A stretch of 64,000 nucleotides of DNA from Nannocystis sp. RBIL2 (GCF_026626745.1 NZ_JAPNJW010000002.1:1254151-1318150); one strand, 5' to 3'; positions 35,423 to 47,469 are shown, counted from the stretch's first letter. Made by a program: numbers and translations. The notes: generated from the letters alone by a model not told the origin.

Positions 35423-36180
35423 CGCTTCCCTCCCATGCCCATGCTCGCCCCCGGGCCCGTGGCGCCCGTCTGGCGCCCGCCGGCCGGCTGCGCCCCGGCG
35501 CCCGTGCCCGTGCCCGTGCCCGCGCCGCCGCCCTCCTGCGCCTTCTCGTTGCCGAGGTCGCCCTCCTTCGCCTCGCCGCCGAGGCCGGGCAGCTGCTTGA
35601 GCTTCTCCGGGTCGGCCCAGAAGGTGTTGACGATGTACTCCTCGTCGAGGTTGCCGTTCTTCCACTTGACCGTGCACTTGACCTTGCGGATCGAGCGCTC
35701 GATCGCCTGCTTGACCGGGGTCCAGACCATACCGAGCGCCGTGAACGCCTGATCGGCGGCGCTGCGGTAGTACATGCTGCTCTCGCCGCGGTTGGCCCGG
35801 TCGGTGTCGTCCTTGGCCGCGCGCAGCTCGGTGAACTCCGGCAGCTTGAGGAAGTCGACGATGCACTTGTACTTGACGTCGGGCCAGCCCTGGTCGGCGA
35901 AGGTGCCCTCGTAGAACTTGTCCTCGAGCACCCAGCCGCCTTCCTTGCGGACGATGTACTCGGTCTCGATCAGCTGGTAGTCGGCGAGGAACGCCACCGA
36001 GGTGATGGTCTGGGCGTAGCGAGTGGCCCGCAGACTGGCCATCTGCGAGGTCAGCATCGACGTCAGCGACAGCGCCAGCACGGCCATGGCGATCATGACC
36101 TCGAGCAGGGTGAAGCCTGCCGCGGCGTAGCGCTGCTCGGGCGGCCGCAGCCGCGGGCGCTTGGTGTCGGGCGAGGTCAT
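35419..36180 (-). CDS. gspI: type II secretion pseudopilin GspI-like
   Basis: prepilin-type N-terminus AAGFTLLEVMIAMAVLAL. Confidence 0.7.
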   Translation of the reverse strand: MTSPDTKRPRLRPPEQRYAAAGFTLLEVMIAMAVLALSLTSMLTSQMASLRATRYAQTITSVAFLADYQLIETEYIVRKEGGWVLEDKFYEGTFADQGWPDVKYKCIVDFLKLPEFTELRAAKDDTDRANRGESSMYYRSAADQAFTALGMVWTPVKQAIERSIRKVKCTVKWKNGNLDEEYIVNTFWADPEKLKQLPGLGGEAKEGDLGNEKAQEGGGAGTGTGTGAGAQPAGGRQTGATGPGASMGMGGKR

Positions 36181-36181
36181 G

Positions 36182-37174
36182 TCAGAACGCCCTCCGGTTC
36201 ATCTTCTTGCCGAGGTCGTCGCGGATCGACGTCGGGTCCTCCTGCAGCGCCAGGTCGATGTGGCCCTCCTTGACCTCGACGCGGCCGGTCAGCGGCTTGA
36301 CGATGATGGTGAACTCGTTCTCCGGGTTGGCGACCTCTTGCACGTGGATGTGCGCCAGCTGGGTGTGGCCCTGCGGGAAGAAGTAGAGGCTCGCCTCGCC
36401 CTTGGTGATCGGCTTGAGGTCCTCGGCGGTGCGCACGGCGATGACCTTGACCTCGGCCGGGAACTTGAACGGCTTGCGCAGCTCCGACAGGCTGTTGTCG
36501 TCCTCGAAGGCGCCGAAGATCGGCGGCTTGCGCCGCGGGACCTTCTTCGGCGGCGTGATGTACTTGTCGAGCGACCCGGTCGACGACGGCGTGGTGCCCG
36601 GCTTGGCCGCGCCGGCCGCCGGCTGCCCCGGCGTAGCGGGCGCGCCCGGGGTGCCGGCCTTCGTCGGCTGTCCCGGAGTACCTGTCCCCTGGGCCACGCT
36701 CGCCATCGGCTGCCCGAGCGGGCCCATGGTCTGGCCCGGCTTGCCGACCGGCGCGCCCTTGACGGCGTCGAGGACGCGCGCCTGCAGCGACCGGTTGTAG
36801 TTCTCCTCGGCCCGCTTGTCCCGCTCCTCGCGCTCCTTCACCTTGCCCGGGTCGATGACGACGATCCGGCCGTAGCGGTCGGTCGCAGGCAAGTACATGC
36901 GGTCGTCGCCGCGCTGCATGGTGAAGGAGTTCTTGTCGATGTCGATGAGGAGGCGGTAGTAGGTGCCGGTGACGCGGGCCTTGTTGTAGGCGAAGCGGAT
37001 CGTGTTGGCGAGCTGGTTGGTGACGCGAGCCACCTGCGCCTGCTTGCTGGCGCCGAGGCCGGTGATCACCGAGCCGATCAGCAGCGCGAGGATCCCCATG
37101 ACGACGAGGACCTCGATCAGCGTGAAGCCGAGGCTCCCGCGCCGCGCTGCTGTATGTCGACTCCGCATGGCCAT
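36182..37174 (-). CDS. gspH: type II secretion pseudopilin GspH-like
   Basis: prepilin-type N-terminus RGSLGFTLIEVLVVMGILALL. Confidence 0.7.
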   Translation of the reverse strand: MAMRSRHTAARRGSLGFTLIEVLVVMGILALLIGSVITGLGASKQAQVARVTNQLANTIRFAYNKARVTGTYYRLLIDIDKNSFTMQRGDDRMYLPATDRYGRIVVIDPGKVKEREERDKRAEENYNRSLQARVLDAVKGAPVGKPGQTMGPLGQPMASVAQGTGTPGQPTKAGTPGAPATPGQPAAGAAKPGTTPSSTGSLDKYITPPKKVPRRKPPIFGAFEDDNSLSELRKPFKFPAEVKVIAVRTAEDLKPITKGEASLYFFPQGHTQLAHIHVQEVANPENEFTIIVKPLTGRVEVKEGHIDLALQEDPTSIRDDLGKKMNRRAF

Positions 37175-37215
37175 GACGATCCTCGCGGGAGAGAACGATC
37201 GGGGCTAGCGCCCGA

Positions 37216-37662
37216 TCACTTCTTCTCCTCCTTGGCGGCCTCGATCTCCTTCGGGTCCTCCCAGCTGTTGACGTCGTCGCCGCCTGACGGCTTCTTGTCG
37301 GGGCCGTTGGAGGTGACGTCGACCGGGCCGTGCTGACCGGGGCAGACGATGATGTACTCCTCGCCCCACGGGTCCTTCTTGACGCGCGCCGTGACACCGG
37401 CGGCCTTGAGGTCCGCCATGCTCTTCGGGCACTTGTCGTTCTTCTGCAGCATGTACTGCTCGCTGAGCTTCTGGATCTCGACCACCTCGTTGTAGGCGAC
37501 CTTGACCTTCGAGTCCGAGAGCGCGTTGAAGGCGACGACGCTGACGCCGCCGACGATGAGGCCGATGATCGCCAGCACGACGAGGATCTCGATCAGCGTC
37601 ATGCCGCGGCTCTGACGACGGCGGCGGACGGCCTGGCGGACGGTGTGAAGTTGCGGATTCAT
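37216..37662 (-). CDS. gspG: type II secretion major pseudopilin GspG
   Basis: ATG 37662 with AGGAGAG upstream; SRGMTLIEILVVLAIIGLIVG prepilin motif; 148 aa; rest of ORF 37216..39360 is shadow of gspF. Confidence 0.85.
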   Translation of the reverse strand: MNPQLHTVRQAVRRRRQSRGMTLIEILVVLAIIGLIVGGVSVVAFNALSDSKVKVAYNEVVEIQKLSEQYMLQKNDKCPKSMADLKAAGVTARVKKDPWGEEYIIVCPGQHGPVDVTSNGPDKKPSGGDDVNSWEDPKEIEAAKEEKK

Positions 37663-37688
37663 GGGTGGTCTCTCCTGAGGTACTCGGG

Positions 37689-38927
37689 CTACTGCGCGGC
37701 CATTTCGTTGAGCATCATGATCGGCTGCATGATCGAGAACACGATAAAGCCGACGCTGCCGCCCATGAACACGATCATGAGGGGCTCCAGCAGCGCGGTC
37801 ATGCGCGTGAGCGCGGTGTTGACCTCGCGGTCGTAGGCGTTGGCGACGTCGGTGAGCATCTGCTCGAGCTGGCCGGAGCGCTCGCCGACCGAGATCATGT
37901 GCGTCACCAGGGCCGGGAACTGGCCGCTGCGCTTGAGCGCCGGGGCGATGCCCTCGCCCTCGCGGATGTTGTCGCGGGCGGTGGCGACGACCTTCTCGAG
38001 CACCCAGTTGCCGAGCAGCGCCCGCACGATGTCGAGCGCCGCGAGCAGCTGCACGCCGCTGGCGAGCATGGTCGCAAGTGTACGGGCGAACCGCGCGATC
38101 GCCAGCTTGCGCGCGAGGTCGCCGATGATCGGCAGCTTGAGCAGGATGGTGTCGCCGGTCGCGCGGCCGACGTCGGTCTTGCGCCAGCGGCGGAACAGCC
38201 AGCCGAGGCCGAAGAAGCCGACGATGATCATGTACCACCAGACGGCGATGAAGTCGCTGAGCCAGATCAGGAACGCGGTGTTCCACGGCAGCTGAGCGTT
38301 CATGCCCTCGAACATCTCCGTGATCTGCGGGACCACGTTGAGCATCAGCATCGTGATGATGCCGCCCGACAGCACGGTCATGATCGCCGGGTAGATCATC
38401 GCCGAGGTGACCTTGCCCTTCAGCTCCTCCTGCTGATCCATGAAGTCGGCGATGCGCAGGAGCACGGTCTCGAGCGAGCCGGAAGCCTCGCCCGCGCGGA
38501 CCATGTTGATGAACAGCGGCTGGAACACGTCGGGGTAGCGGGCGCAGGCGTCGGCCAGCGAGCTGCCCTCGTTCACCTTGTTGGCGATGTCGCTGAGGAT
38601 GCCCTTGAGCCGCCGACTCTCGCTCTGCTCGGTGATCGCCGCCAGCGACTCGGGCAGCGTGACGCCGGCGCAAAGCAGCGTGGCCAGCAGCCGCGTGGTG
38701 CGCGAGATCGTTTTCTGCGAGACGCGGTCGAACAGCGCCCCGAGGTCGACCTCGCGGCCGCCTGCCCCGCCCGCGGCCGCCACCTGCGCCGTGGTCTCGC
38801 TGACCGCGGTGAGGAAGATGCCGGCGCGCTTGAGGTTGGCCTTGAGCGCGGCGACCGTGTCGGCCGACTCGACGCCCTTGACCGTCTTGCCGTCCTTGCG
38901 CAGGCCCGTATACGCGTACGCCGGCAT
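37689..38927 (-). CDS. gspF: type II secretion inner-membrane platform protein GspF
   Basis: 412 aa, duplicated GspF/PilC-type domains, 3 TM segments. Confidence 0.85.
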   Translation of the reverse strand: MPAYAYTGLRKDGKTVKGVESADTVAALKANLKRAGIFLTAVSETTAQVAAAGGAGGREVDLGALFDRVSQKTISRTTRLLATLLCAGVTLPESLAAITEQSESRRLKGILSDIANKVNEGSSLADACARYPDVFQPLFINMVRAGEASGSLETVLLRIADFMDQQEELKGKVTSAMIYPAIMTVLSGGIITMLMLNVVPQITEMFEGMNAQLPWNTAFLIWLSDFIAVWWYMIIVGFFGLGWLFRRWRKTDVGRATGDTILLKLPIIGDLARKLAIARFARTLATMLASGVQLLAALDIVRALLGNWVLEKVVATARDNIREGEGIAPALKRSGQFPALVTHMISVGERSGQLEQMLTDVANAYDREVNTALTRMTALLEPLMIVFMGGSVGFIVFSIMQPIMMLNEMAAQ

Positions 38928-38933
38928 GCTTCG

Positions 38934-40781
38934 TTACGACTCCACCGAGGTCGCGCGCAGGACCTCGTCGAGGGTGCTGATGCCGCAGACGACTTTGTGC
39001 GCGCCGTCGTCGCGGAGCGTGCGCAGGCCCTGAGCCAGCGCCGCCTGCTTGATCTGCATGGCGTCGGCGTTGCGGATCGCCAGGCGGCGGACCTCTTCGC
39101 TGACCATCAAGACCTCGTACACGCCGGTTCGCCCGGAGTAGCCGCTGCCCTGGCACTTGTCGCAGCCGACGGCGCGGTAGACGTGACCGCGCGGCGGCAA
39201 CCGCCGCGGCTCGGGCACCGACAGCGGGATGACCTCGCCGTTCTCGTCGCGCACCGGCACCTTGAGCGCCTGCTCGCCGGCGTAGAAGGCCGCGGGGATG
39301 ATGCCGATCTCCTCGAGCTCGGTCGCCAACGGCCGGTACGGCTCGCAGCAGTGGACGCACACGCGGCGGATCAGGCGCTGGGCCTGCAGCGCGACCAGCG
39401 ATGAGGCGACCAGGAACGGCTGCACGCCCATGTCGACCAGACGCGTGATGCCGGTCGCGGCGTCGTTGGTGTGGATGGTGCTGAGCACCAAGTGACCGGT
39501 GAGCGACGCCTGGATCGCGATCTCGGCGGTCTCGACGTCTCGGATCTCGCCGACCATGATCACGTCGGGGTCGTGGCGCAGGAAGGAGCGCAGGCCGGCC
39601 GCGAAGGTCAGGTTGATCTTGCTCTGCACCTGCACCTGCGAGATGCCGGCGAGCTGGTACTCGACTGGGTCCTCGACGGTGAGGATGTTGAGGTCCGGCG
39701 TGTTGATCTCGGTCAGCGCCGAGTACAGCGTGGTCGTCTTGCCCGAACCGGTCGGGCCGGTGACGAGGAAGATGCCGTGCGGCCGGTTGATGACGTCGCG
39801 GATCATACGCAGGTGGTCGGCCGCGATGCCGATGTTGTCGAGCTTGAGCGCGACGGCGGACTTGTCGAGGAGACGGACCGTGATACGCTCGCCGTGGGCC
39901 GTGGGCACGGTGGCGACGCGCATGTCGACCTCCTTGCCGGCGATTTTGCGGCGGATGCGGCCGTCCTGCGGCAGCCGCTTCTCGGCGATGTTGAGGCCCG
40001 CCATGATCTTGACGCGGGCGATGACGCTAGGAAGGTGGGCCTTGGGCGCCCGCTTGACCTCGTGCAGCACGCCGTCGACGCGGTTGCGGACGATGATCTC
40101 CTTGTCACCCGGCTCGATGTGGATGTCGCTGGCCTTCTCCTTCGAGGCGTTGAAGATCAGGCTGTTGACGAAGCGGATGATCGGCGCGTCCTCGGCCGAG
40201 GCGTGCAGGATGTCCTCGTCCTCCTCCTCGTACTCCTCTTCCTTCTTCTCGAGGTCGACGTCCTTGGTGCGCCGCGCGTAGGTGCGGTTGATGAGGTCGA
40301 GGACGTTCGACTCCGGCATCAGCGTGACGTCGACGTCGGCGTCGTAGAGGGTGCCGAGGTCGTCGAGGTCGAGGAGTCGCAGCGGGTCGGCGGCGTAGAC
40401 GCTGAGCACGCTGCGCTCGCGGTCGAGGCGGTATGGCAGGACCTTGTTGGCGCGCGCGTACTGGATCGGCAGCTGCTCGACCAGCTCGTCCTGGATGTCG
40501 CCGATCTCGGTGTTCTCGCGGGCGGGCAGGCCGAACTGCCGCGCCAGCCCGCGCGCGAGGTCCCACTCGGAGCAGTGCTTGAGCCGCACCAGCGTCTCGC
40601 CGATCTTCTCGCCCTCGAGGTGCTGCGCCTGCAAACCCTCGGCGAGCGCCTCGGCGGTGGTGCAGCCCATCTCGATCAAGATCTCGCCGAGCGGGCGCGC
40701 GAGCGGACGGACCCCGAGCGGCGCGAAGGTCGGGCCGGCGTTGCGTTCTGCGGTGGTCTTGAGGGCGGTGTCCATGGGCAT
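38934..40781 (-). CDS. gspE: type II secretion ATPase GspE
   Basis: N-terminal GspE-N/MshEN motif RPLGEILIEMGCTTAEALAEGLQAQ, Walker A GPTGSGKTT, tetracysteine CVHCCEPY...CDKCQGSGYSGR; start ATG 40781 or TTG 40790. Confidence 0.9.
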   Translation of the reverse strand: MPMDTALKTTAERNAGPTFAPLGVRPLARPLGEILIEMGCTTAEALAEGLQAQHLEGEKIGETLVRLKHCSEWDLARGLARQFGLPARENTEIGDIQDELVEQLPIQYARANKVLPYRLDRERSVLSVYAADPLRLLDLDDLGTLYDADVDVTLMPESNVLDLINRTYARRTKDVDLEKKEEEYEEEDEDILHASAEDAPIIRFVNSLIFNASKEKASDIHIEPGDKEIIVRNRVDGVLHEVKRAPKAHLPSVIARVKIMAGLNIAEKRLPQDGRIRRKIAGKEVDMRVATVPTAHGERITVRLLDKSAVALKLDNIGIAADHLRMIRDVINRPHGIFLVTGPTGSGKTTTLYSALTEINTPDLNILTVEDPVEYQLAGISQVQVQSKINLTFAAGLRSFLRHDPDVIMVGEIRDVETAEIAIQASLTGHLVLSTIHTNDAATGITRLVDMGVQPFLVASSLVALQAQRLIRRVCVHCCEPYRPLATELEEIGIIPAAFYAGEQALKVPVRDENGEVIPLSVPEPRRLPPRGHVYRAVGCDKCQGSGYSGRTGVYEVLMVSEEVRRLAIRNADAMQIKQAALAQGLRTLRDDGAHKVVCGISTLDEVLRATSVES

Positions 40782-40800
40782 CTCAGACAACAGGATAGCT

Positions 40801-43215
40801 TCAGGGCTCGCGCCGGATCACCGGCGCGGGGTTCACCGTCGCGGGCGGCGCGCCGCCGCCCCCGCCCTCGCCGCCGACGTTGTCGTCGACGGCCGAACGC
40901 GGGCTGAGGCCGAGCTCGCCGGTGATGATCTCGCGCCGCATCTCCTCCTCGGCGCGACGCAGCAGCAGCTCCTCCTGCTCCATGCGCCGGGCCTCCTTGT
41001 CGATCGCGGCCAAGATGCCGGACTTCTTGCGGTAGTTGATGTTGCTCTTGAGCTCGCGCTTGCGGAAGTTGGTCTCGCGCTCGATGAACTCGAGCCGCTC
41101 CTTGTCGCGCCGCTCGTGGATCCGGCGCACGTCGTCGGGGCTGTCGATGATGTGCGGGACCATGATGAGGAGGAGGTTGATCTTCTCCTTCTCCTTGACG
41201 CGGTTCTTGAACAGCCAGCCGAGGAGCGGGATCGAGCCGAGGCCGGGGACCTGCTTGACGTTCTCGCTCTCGCGGTCGCGGATGAGGCCGCCGAGCACGA
41301 CCGGCTGACCGTCGCGGCCGACGATCTTGTCGAGCTTGATGCGCCGCTTGGTGGTGGTGACGCCGAGCACCGGGTCCTTCTCGGTGATGTCGCGGTCCTC
41401 GACCTCGACGTCCATCGTCACGTTGCGCTCGTCGTTGATGTAGGGCTTGACCTTGATGCGCAGCGTGACGTCCTGGCGCTCGACCGACTGCAGCGGGACC
41501 AGGCCGGTGCCGCCGCCGCCACCTGCCCCGAAGGACAGGGCGCCCGGGGTCGGGACGTTGCGGCCGACCTCGATGGTGGCCTCCTGGTTGTCGGCCGCGT
41601 ACATGTGCGGCTCGCTGACGACGTTGACGTCGCTGTTGCTCTGCAGCGCCTGGATGACGGCGCCGAAGGCCGGGACGTCGCGGCCGGTGCCGAGGATCGT
41701 GCCCGAGTTGATCAGCGGGGGACCGATGATGCCGAGGGTGAAGTTCTTCAGCGAGTCGGGCGAGAGCAGCAGCGAGTTGAGCGCAGGCGTCGGAGAGCTA
41801 CTGACCAGGCCGATCGCGGTGGCAGAGGTGCCGCCGAGCTGGGTGGTGATCGGGTAGCCGAAGTGGCCGCCGGCGCCGGCGTCGGTGCTGTGCTTGATGC
41901 TCACCTCGAGCATGTAGATCTCGATGTAGAGCTGGCGCCGCTCGCGGTCGAGCTTCTCGATCACCGGCTCCAAGTTCTTGTAGTCGGCCGCCGAGGCGAT
42001 GATGACCAGCGAGCGCGTCGCCGGGTCGGGCGTGACCTTGACGTCGCCGGAGAATAGGTCGGCGCTGACCGGGTTGCCCGCGGGCGGCTTCTGCCCGCCC
42101 TGCTGCGAGGCCTGGGCGGCCTGCTTGGCGCCGGTGGCCAGCTGCGACAGCACCTGCGCGACCTCGGTGGCGTCGGCGTTCTTGAGCTTGTAGACGTGGA
42201 TCCGGCCGCCGCCGCCGGGCAGCTTGACGTCGAGGCGCTCGATCAGCTTGCGGATGACGATGTAGTCGGACTCGGTGGTGACGATGATGAGGGTGCTGCT
42301 GCGCTCGTCGACGATCACGCGGCTGATCGCCGAGTCGGTCTGACCGCCGCCGCCGCCGCCGCCGCCGGCCCGTCGACCGGCACGGCCGCCCGTGGCTCCG
42401 CCGCCGCCGCCACCGCCGCCGCCGCTGGCCTTGGCCTCGCCGAAGATGTCACGAATGATCTGCGCGACCTCCTCGGCGTTGGCGTACTGCAGCTGGTAGA
42501 AGAAGATCTTCTCGCTGCCCATCGGCTGATCGAGCTCGGCGGCGAAGGTCTCGAGCCGCCGCACCATCGAGCCCTTGTCGGTGATGATGAGGAGGTTGCC
42601 GACCAGGTCGACGCTGCCCGACTTGCTCTTGAGCTGGCCGAGGACGTCGCTGATCTCCTTGCTGTTACCGTGCTTGACGCGCATCAGCTTGGTGACGAAG
42701 CGGTCGCTGTTGGGCGCGTCGGCGTCGTCGCCGTAGGTCGGCAGCGTGCGGTTCTTGGCGTCGGTGGTCTCGACGATCTTGAAGTAGCGACCCGAGGGCT
42801 CCACCGTCAGGCCCATCGTCTCGAGCGCGGCGTAGAAGGCCGCGTAGGCCTCCTCGGCCGTGACCGGCTCGGGCGACAGGATCGTCACCTTGCCGGACCG
42901 CACCTTGCGGTCCCAGATGAACTTCTGACACGTGATCGACATGATCCAGTTGACGAGGTCCTCGAGCTCGGTCTCCTTCGGCAACGTGATCGTGAACTTG
43001 GCCCCGCGCGGGGTCTTCTTGCACGTGTTGAACGGGATCGGGCCGCCGCCGGGCGTGCCGCCGCCCTCGTCGCCGATCAGCTCGCCACCACGGCTGCCGG
43101 TGGTCGGATCCTGCGCGGACGCGGAGACGGTGGTCGGGCCGAGCGTCAGAGCGGCCAGACCGAGAGAGACGAGGCCCAGTGCAGTCGGGCGGACGGGGTT
43201 GCTACGCGCAATCAT
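40801..43215 (-). CDS. gspD: type II secretion outer-membrane secretin GspD
   Basis: signal peptide, N0-N3 domains, secretin core (VPLLGWLFKNRVKEKEKINLLLIM), Gly-rich insert. Confidence 0.85.
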   Translation of the reverse strand: MIARSNPVRPTALGLVSLGLAALTLGPTTVSASAQDPTTGSRGGELIGDEGGGTPGGGPIPFNTCKKTPRGAKFTITLPKETELEDLVNWIMSITCQKFIWDRKVRSGKVTILSPEPVTAEEAYAAFYAALETMGLTVEPSGRYFKIVETTDAKNRTLPTYGDDADAPNSDRFVTKLMRVKHGNSKEISDVLGQLKSKSGSVDLVGNLLIITDKGSMVRRLETFAAELDQPMGSEKIFFYQLQYANAEEVAQIIRDIFGEAKASGGGGGGGGGATGGRAGRRAGGGGGGGGQTDSAISRVIVDERSSTLIIVTTESDYIVIRKLIERLDVKLPGGGGRIHVYKLKNADATEVAQVLSQLATGAKQAAQASQQGGQKPPAGNPVSADLFSGDVKVTPDPATRSLVIIASAADYKNLEPVIEKLDRERRQLYIEIYMLEVSIKHSTDAGAGGHFGYPITTQLGGTSATAIGLVSSSPTPALNSLLLSPDSLKNFTLGIIGPPLINSGTILGTGRDVPAFGAVIQALQSNSDVNVVSEPHMYAADNQEATIEVGRNVPTPGALSFGAGGGGGTGLVPLQSVERQDVTLRIKVKPYINDERNVTMDVEVEDRDITEKDPVLGVTTTKRRIKLDKIVGRDGQPVVLGGLIRDRESENVKQVPGLGSIPLLGWLFKNRVKEKEKINLLLIMVPHIIDSPDDVRRIHERRDKERLEFIERETNFRKRELKSNINYRKKSGILAAIDKEARRMEQEELLLRRAEEEMRREIITGELGLSPRSAVDDNVGGEGGGGGAPPATVNPAPVIRREP

Positions 43216-44267
43216 TGGATCGTGATGTCCTTGGTGATCGACTCGCCCTTGCGCTCAATCGTGACCTGAAGGTTGCTGGCGCTGCGCATCTTGGTCAAAA
43301 GGCCCATGACCTGGTCGACCGACTTCAGCTCGATGCCGTTGACCGAGGTGAGGAGGTCGCCGTTCTTCATGCCGAGCAGCTTGGGCAGGCTGCCCGGGCG
43401 GATCCCGTAGAACTTGAAGCCCTTGGTCTCGCCGTCCTTGATCGACGGCATCACCCGCGCCTGCTTGGTCAGCGCGGCCGGGTTGGCGAACAGGCTGTCG
43501 ATGAACATGCGATCGACGGTGCACGAGTTCTCGCTCTCGCACTTGATCGCGTCCTCGGCCCCGGGGATGGCGCCCGCCGCCGGCGGCGCGTCTTCCTTCT
43601 TCTCGGCCACCTGGACGGGCTTGGCCGAGGGCTTCGGTGGCTCGACGCCGAGCTCGATGTACTCGAGCGCGCCGCCGTTCTTGACGTGGACGAGGCTGCG
43701 CTCGACGCTGACGAGGTAGACTCCGGAGCGGATGCGGTCGCCGGGCCAATACGGACCGACGCTGCCGTCTTCCTCGTCACGGATGGTCGCCCACGAGTAC
43801 TCGGGCATGTTGGTCTCCATCGTGGCGATGAGCCGCAGCGGCTGCGTGCACGGGCCCTCGCCGGGCTGCTTGCCGCCGGCGACCTGCGGCAGCTCGCCGG
43901 GCCCGAGGTCGGGCGCGACCGCGGGGCCGCCGGGGCCGGTCTCGGGCGTGATGACCTTGGTGCAGGTCGGGCAGAACAGGTTGAGCGAGAGGATGGTCTG
44001 CGTGACCTTGTTGCGGTCGGCCGCGGAGGGTCCGCGCGAGGGGCTCGACATCAGCCGCGGGTTGATGATGGGCTTGTCCTCCTCGTCCTCTTCCTCTTCC
44101 TTGGCGCCGTCGGTGTCGGTGCCGGTCGCCTCGGCCTCGTCGGTCGGGGTCTCGTAGATGTACGAGGTGCCGAGCCAGGTGGTGAACGCCGAGGCGGCGA
44201 ACGCAGCGGCGACGCTGAGGCCCAGCGCCTTGACGACCCAGAAGTGCTGCTTGAAGACGGCTTCCAT
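43212..44267 (-). CDS. gspC: type II secretion protein GspC-like (N-terminal TM, C-terminal PDZ)
   Basis: operon position upstream of gspD (overlap ATGA), TM near N-terminus, PDZ-like LLGMKNGDLLTSVNGIELKS. Confidence 0.65.
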   Translation of the reverse strand: MEAVFKQHFWVVKALGLSVAAAFAASAFTTWLGTSYIYETPTDEAEATGTDTDGAKEEEEDEEDKPIINPRLMSSPSRGPSAADRNKVTQTILSLNLFCPTCTKVITPETGPGGPAVAPDLGPGELPQVAGGKQPGEGPCTQPLRLIATMETNMPEYSWATIRDEEDGSVGPYWPGDRIRSGVYLVSVERSLVHVKNGGALEYIELGVEPPKPSAKPVQVAEKKEDAPPAAGAIPGAEDAIKCESENSCTVDRMFIDSLFANPAALTKQARVMPSIKDGETKGFKFYGIRPGSLPKLLGMKNGDLLTSVNGIELKSVDQVMGLLTKMRSASNLQVTIERKGESITKDITIQ

Positions 44268-44276
44268 CGCTCTCCG

Positions 44277-45686
<1,410 letters not shown>

Positions 45687-45855
45687 GGGCGCTCGAGTCG
45701 AACCCGCGGTGTGCAAGCCGGGGTCCTCGGTGAAAAGCGAATGATTCTAAGGCAACTCCTGGAGCCAGAACGAGGCTGTCACGCGCAATTGTCAGGCCGT
45801 CCGAGGCGGGATGCCAAAATGGCAATCGCGGCCCTCGCGCCCAACTCCCGGCGCC

Positions 45856-47469
45856 TCAACCGCCACCCCCCTGCCCCGCCTTGGCGGCGCGGCGGCGAGG
45901 TCGGCCAGCGGGGGATTCGGGGGCTGGCGCTTGGGACAGGTCGAGGAGCGGCAGCTGGGACGAAGGCGAGGCCGATGAGGTGCGGGGGGATGTCTCGCGG
46001 GACAGGTCACCGGTGACAGCTCGCGTCGTCGGTGTGCTCGGTGGTCGCTCGGCCTGGTGCGCGCCTGTCTCGACGGACATGTGAGGGTTGTCGGGCTGCG
46101 GCTCGCTCGGCTCGCTGCGTAGGGTCGCGGGTGCCGGTGCACCTGTTTTTTGGGACATCTCCGCTTCGGCGGGCTTCGCGGTCGCTCGGGTGCTCGTAGT
46201 CCTGGCTTGCGCGACCGTCTTCGCCGCGGGCTCGGTCGGCGCCTCTGACTTCGACGGCCCTGTCCCGGAAGACAGGCCATCCTCGGTAGCGCGCTTGGTG
46301 GCTGCTTTGCGCTGTTTCTTGCTCGGGTCCGCGCCTGTCTCTTCGGTCAGCTTCCCAGGGACGGCCGCAGCTGTCCTTGCGGACGTGTCGGCGCCGGCCG
46401 CGAAGTCGCGGACGCTGCGGATCGCCACGCGCCGCTTCTCGAACACGAGGAAGTAGGAGTGGTTCTTGCGCGCGTGGACCTGGGCCTTGAGCCGGCTGAC
46501 CCCGGGGCTGTTGGGGCGCACGAGCACGAACAGGTCCTTGCAGTAGAGGCCGAGCGACTCGCCGCCCGTGATCAGCTCGACATGAGTAAGCCGCTGCTTG
46601 TTGGCGCTGACCTCGTCCTGGCACTTGACGATCAGGACGCCGCCCGGCACGAGCACGCGCGCGGCCTCGCGGCAGGCCTTTTCGTAGAGGTCGACGACCG
46701 CGTCGTGCCACTTGGGGCCGGACTCGGTGACGGCGGCGGCCGAATAGGCGCGGCGGAAGGCGGCGTGGGTGCCGGAGCCGGCCATGTGGTCGACGCTGCG
46801 GCGGTACATGCCCTCCATGTACGGGGGGTCGAGGACGACGCAGTCGAGGCTCGCGTCGGCGTACGGCAAGGCGCGGCAGTCGACGCCGCTCGTCAGCTTC
46901 GCGCCGGCGCGCGCGGGGACATCCGGCTTGAGGGCGATGTCGCTGGCGAGCAGGGTGTAGACGCCGTCGGGGACGCGGCGCCAGAACACGCCGAGGCCGT
47001 AGGTCACGTCGGCGACGGTGCTGCCCTTCGGGACATGTAACTCGAGGATCTGGGCGAACAACTCGGCGTTGTCGCCGACCCGCGCGGAAACGACGACGTC
47101 GGCGGTGGCCACCCCACCCTGCACGCGCCGGGCAGGTCGCGACTCGGTGGGCGCGACCTCGGGGGTATGTTCTTTCGGCGCGGCAGGATGCGATTTGGCG
47201 GGCGCGGCTTCACGCACGCTGGACCGCGCGGCTCGGCGTGGCTCGGCGCCTGAGGTCCCGCGGGCCCGCATGCGCCGGGTGGTTGCAGGCTGCGGCTCGT
47301 CCCCGGTGGTCTCCCGGGTCCGCTCGCTACCAGTGGTCGCACGGGGCCGCGCCGAGGCTCGGCGCGACTCGGCGGGTGCGCCCGGCTCGTCCGTGGCGGC
47401 CTTGCGCGCCCGTCCGCGTCGGGCGGTCGCGGAGCGCGGCTCGGCGGCGGATCGGGAGCGGGCGGCCAT
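45856..47469 (-). CDS. putative N6-adenine/N4-cytosine-type amino-methyltransferase (DPPY motif) with long disordered N- and C-terminal tails
   Basis: central domain ...[10 protein letters not shown]...[13 protein letters not shown]...GVLIVKCQD; about 110 N-terminal and 180 C-terminal residues are R/S/T/A/P-rich; substrate (DNA vs RNA) not determinable. Confidence 0.55.
   Translation of the reverse strand: MAARSRSAAEPRSATARRGRARKAATDEPGAPAESRRASARPRATTGSERTRETTGDEPQPATTRRMRARGTSGAEPRRAARSSVREAAPAKSHPAAPKEHTPEVAPTESRPARRVQGGVATADVVVSARVGDNAELFAQILELHVPKGSTVADVTYGLGVFWRRVPDGVYTLLASDIALKPDVPARAGAKLTSGVDCRALPYADASLDCVVLDPPYMEGMYRRSVDHMAGSGTHAAFRRAYSAAAVTESGPKWHDAVVDLYEKACREAARVLVPGGVLIVKCQDEVSANKQRLTHVELITGGESLGLYCKDLFVLVRPNSPGVSRLKAQVHARKNHSYFLVFEKRRVAIRSVRDFAAGADTSARTAAAVPGKLTEETGADPSKKQRKAATKRATEDGLSSGTGPSKSEAPTEPAAKTVAQARTTSTRATAKPAEAEMSQKTGAPAPATLRSEPSEPQPDNPHMSVETGAHQAERPPSTPTTRAVTGDLSRETSPRTSSASPSSQLPLLDLSQAPAPESPAGRPRRRAAKAGQGGGG
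46064..46389. repeat. five dispersed CCTGTC-N4-GACAGG-type palindromic elements embedded in the coding region of the methyltransferase C-terminal tail
   Basis: cctgtctcgacggacatg 46064, cctgttttttgggacatc 46142, cctgtcccggaagacagg 46259, cctgtctcttcggtcag 46334, ctgtccttgcggacgtgtc 46371. Confidence 0.7.

Noticed and set aside
45690-45740. tRNA-like GGTTCGA/TCGAACC motif near 45700
   Set aside because: No cloverleaf: the flanking sequence cannot form acceptor or anticodon stems. Isolated heptamer match only.
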